Source of the DNA: Candidatus Wukongarchaeum yapensis
Lineage (GTDB): Archaea > Asgardarchaeota > Wukongarchaeia > Wukongarchaeales > Wukongarchaeaceae
Direction of reading: 5' to 3'
Length of the DNA: 9,650 nt
Assembly (NCBI GenBank): GCA_016840425.1
Contig: JAEOSI010000070.1
Location: forward strand, 1-9,650
The notes beneath the pieces were generated by a model. It was given only the letters and a program-made list of their open reading frames with translations, was not told the origin of the DNA and made no database searches. Position numbers and translations under genes: made by a program. Below are positions 6,961 through 9,650 of this stretch, piece after piece (the stretch's first letter is position 1; the number at the start of each line of letters is the position of its first letter).

Positions 6961-7130
6961 TATCTAGAAAATGCTTTATATTACTTACTTAAAAATTGAA
7001 AACCTGTTTAACTTTATTATATGGGGTTTATGGAAGTTAAAGTAACCCGACTTCAAAAAAACTGAAAAGCTGTATAACTTCATTTTAGGGGGTTTATAGA
7101 AGATAAAGTAACCCGATAAGAAGTTCCAGA
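6961..7130 (-). repeat. Right arm of the 170-bp inverted repeat; two tandem 66-bp units (7115-7050, 7049-6984)
   Basis: Reverse complement reads tctggaacttcttatcgggttactttatcttctataaaccccctaaaatgaagttatacagcttttcagtttttttgaagtcgggttactttaacttccataaacccc..., colinear with the left arm. Confidence 0.95.
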
Positions 7131-7829
7131 ATTAGCAACTTTTTATTTAAATATAAGGTTTTTCTGTTTCTTTTTTTCCTCGATTTTATTTTTTCTAGGG
7201 TTTCTTTTGCGCTTTCTCGAGTTAAGCCTGTTGTAAAACTGTTTAGGTTTTAGGTTTTTCACAGGTTTTTTGCGTTCTTTCTTTTTCTTTTCAAATTTTC
7301 CGATTTTTTGCTTTTATGAGTTTTAGGCGGTCGAAAACCCTTTTTTCCCAAATTGTGAATTCACCACCCTGAGATTTTCAAGAGTTACTCCTGTTTTGAC
7401 GCAATTTTTAAGGGTATAATGAAGAAAGATGAGGTCTCTGGAAAAATCAAGCCCTTAAAAAGAGAGCGAAAACATAAAAAGAGACAGATTTTATAATAGT
7501 TTTAACATTTGCATCTTTTTTAGTTTTTCTCATCGATATGGGTTTTTTTAATATTGGTGCGTCTTTTGCTCCTTTTTATAATTTTAAATAAGGGGTTTGT
7601 TTCATAGTAATGGTCTTTATAAACAAAATCTACTAGTTGAGAAAATTTATGATAGTTACTTTTGTAGATTATGTTCAATATTAATTATCTGATTTTTAAT
7701 ACGTTAATGTATGAGGGAGAATGTTTTTTTGTTAATTCTCCTTTTTTAATATTTAGTTAGGGTTTTTTGTTATTATTTTTATTAAAAATCTTAATTAATG
7801 ATTTTATGGAGTAAGTAATAAAAACGTAA

Positions 7830-9608
7830 ATGGTGAAGCAAATGAAAAACATGAATTTTGGAAAAAGCATTTTCTTTGTTTCTGTGTTTTTCATCGCTAT
7901 CTTGATGCTTGCTTCTGTCAACGTTTCTGTTTCAAGCCAGGATTCTGTGAAAGAATCAGAAAACGAATTGGTAGTTGAAACCCGAGCACCTACATCGGTA
8001 GGACTTGTTGAAACCACATATTCTTTATATGATGAGATTTATGCGAGACTTACTCAGCTCGGATTCACCGTAGATAATATAAGCCAAACAGAACTCAACA
8101 TTGGAAACTTTTCACAGTATGATGTTGTATATCTTCCATCAGCTTGGTATGATAATGATTATTCTGACCCTTCAGCCTTTGATGCTGCTTACTTAGACTT
8201 CAGAACTTACGTTAGTCAAGGCGGCGGATTAGTAGTAGAACAACCAAACCCAGATACGCCGAGTTCCCCCTCGCTCTTACCTTATACCGTGACATTTGAC
8301 GAAAGCATGGCTTTTGATGGTGAAGTCGTATTTTCAGGACACCCTATTACAGAAGGTTTGACAGACGCGGATATGCCTGGTGGAACGGATGAAATTACTT
8401 CTTATGACACTGACCATTATTTAGAACTTGCACAAGATGATACTACAGGTTATCCGACCCTCCTTGTACTGATCCACGGTTTAGGAAAGATCGCCATCCA
8501 CACAGCAAACAGTGCTATGAGCGTTATACCAACATACCAAATATCTAACACAACTCTATCCAGAATAATAGAATGGACAGCTGGAGAGCTTAGTTTCAGC
8601 GATGTTAGTTCTAGGATTCTTTTCGACGACGCTCACGATACTGGTGGGGACATAGGGCTTGACACAAGTCATGTGGTCATGAATGAGACGATGTATGAGA
8701 GAGGGTTCAAGGTAGGAGTTTTCCAGAGCGGGACCATAAACCCGACCCTCCTGGCAGACTACAGCATACTCATAATAATAGACATTGAAACAGCGTTGTC
8801 ATCCTTTGAGATAACAACCATACAAGACTTCGTGAACGATGGAAACGCCCTCCTATACATAAACGAATGGACAGGCGCATGTTATGAGCAAAGTTTAGGA
8901 GACACACTCTCAATTTACGGAATCGGGCATGATAGTTCGATTGTATCATATAGCGGTCCCGCCTCAAACTTCACTTCTCACCCGATAACACAAGGAGTTT
9001 CAATGATAGACTATATGGCTGGTGGTGCGCTCAAAGTTTTATCTCCTGCTGTTACTATCATGATGGATGATACAGCTGATAATAACCCGCTTATGGCTGT
9101 TTACAAGGATACGGGAAGAATCGTGGCAATAGGCGACTCTGGTTTGTGGCGTGATTCTTATATCGGTAATCATAACAACAGCTTGCTTTTGAACAACACT
9201 CTTGACTGGCTTAAAGAGGATGCGCCGACGGTCACTGTTACTTCGCCTAACGGCGGTGAAACCCTCAAAGGTATGGAAACCTTGTCATGGACTGCTTCTG
9301 ATGCTGACGGAGACTCTTTAACATACAGCGTTTATTACAGCTCTGATAACGGTACAACTTGGGCTCTTTTAGCTTCTGGGTTAACAACAACGAGTACTAG
9401 TTGGGATACTACGACAGTTCCTGACGGTGAAGGATACCTAGTTAAAGTGGTGGTTAGCGACGGAACTCTTACAACAGAAGACAGTTCAGACGATGGCTTC
9501 ACAATACAAAACGAAGAAGAAGGAACAGACTGGGCTCTTTATGGCGCCATAGCTGCAGCAGCGTTCTTCGCCCTACTCGCAATAATTATCTTTATAAAGA
9601 AAAAATGA
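7830..9608 (+). CDS. Secreted, C-terminally anchored surface protein: two GATase-like domains (second GIFT/IFT52/GldG-like) plus an Ig-like domain
   Basis: Signal-like segment IFFVSVFFIAILMLASV. Domain 1 has YDVVYLP..YVSQGGGLVV..HPITEG. Domain 2 has RILFDDAH..IQDFVNDGNALL..HPITQG..GRIVAIGDSGLW..LLLNNTLDWL. Ig-like PTVTVTSPNGGE..LSWTASDADGD..YLVKVVVSDG, then a TM helix and KKK. The real start may be the ATG at 7842, which has SD-like ggtga at 7832-7836. Confidence 0.85.
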   Translation: MVKQMKNMNFGKSIFFVSVFFIAILMLASVNVSVSSQDSVKESENELVVETRAPTSVGLVETTYSLYDEIYARLTQLGFTVDNISQTELNIGNFSQYDVVYLPSAWYDNDYSDPSAFDAAYLDFRTYVSQGGGLVVEQPNPDTPSSPSLLPYTVTFDESMAFDGEVVFSGHPITEGLTDADMPGGTDEITSYDTDHYLELAQDDTTGYPTLLVLIHGLGKIAIHTANSAMSVIPTYQISNTTLSRIIEWTAGELSFSDVSSRILFDDAHDTGGDIGLDTSHVVMNETMYERGFKVGVFQSGTINPTLLADYSILIIIDIETALSSFEITTIQDFVNDGNALLYINEWTGACYEQSLGDTLSIYGIGHDSSIVSYSGPASNFTSHPITQGVSMIDYMAGGALKVLSPAVTIMMDDTADNNPLMAVYKDTGRIVAIGDSGLWRDSYIGNHNNSLLLNNTLDWLKEDAPTVTVTSPNGGETLKGMETLSWTASDADGDSLTYSVYYSSDNGTTWALLASGLTTTSTSWDTTTVPDGEGYLVKVVVSDGTLTTEDSSDDGFTIQNEEEGTDWALYGAIAAAAFFALLAIIIFIKKK

Positions 9609-9650
9609 TGAACGAGGAAAAGCTTTGAACACGATGCGAAATCTCCCCTC

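Larger units (their letters stand above)
5306..7130. mobile_element. Candidate non-autonomous mobile or invertible cassette: long inverted repeats enclosing one HEAT gene
   Basis: 1825-bp segment bounded by the two inverted arms with a single CDS inside. No transposase or recombinase in the window and no clear target-site duplication, so mobility is inferred only. Confidence 0.4.

Noticed and set aside
7083-7092. TTTAGGG telomere-like motif in the repeat unit
   Set aside because: A single copy per unit, not tandem; coincidence.
5306-7130. Arms as ORB elements of a replication origin, or as integron attC sites
   Set aside because: ttccaga and G-strings are present, but not in the ORB arrangement, and no orc1/cdc6 is nearby. 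There are no RYYYAAC/GTTRRRY boxes. Not excluded, but unsupported.
7142-7352. Lys-rich minus-strand mini ORFs (about 30 and 39 aa) with a GTGA overlap
   Set aside because: Expected by chance from the T-rich plus strand; low complexity and no supporting motif.
8640-8900. Apparent codon-usage shift (many ATA and GAC codons) in the second domain of the last gene
   Set aside because: Too few codons to distinguish from noise by eye; needs a sliding-window test.
722-9000. Remaining short track ORFs (722..952, 1015..1212, 2562..2759, 2980..3186, 3655..3921, 3904..4092, 3973..4185, 6292..6621, 7757..8017, 8770..8967)
   Set aside because: Antisense or out-of-frame shadows of longer, motif-supported CDSs.

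Overview
AT-rich archaeal window, most likely from an Asgard archaeon (inferred from the actin alone). It opens with the last 57 codons of a eukaryote-like actin (2..175, absent from the ORF track). Next come a membrane-anchored 7-repeat beta-propeller protein (738..2180) and a minus-strand pair: a TPR protein and a very divergent TFB/TFIIB-like protein that lacks the zinc ribbon. Three small ORFs follow (two not in the track), then a HEAT-repeat gene and a secreted protein with tandem GATase-like/GIFT-like domains, an Ig-like domain and a C-terminal anchor. The most striking non-coding feature is a pair of ungapped 170-bp inverted repeats (5306..5475 and 6961..7130, 142/170 identical by hand count). 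Each arm holds two tandem 66-bp units with internal dyads, and together they enclose only the HEAT gene. No transposase, recombinase, rRNA, tRNA or CRISPR array is visible. All family assignments are by-eye motif recognition; no database searches were run.
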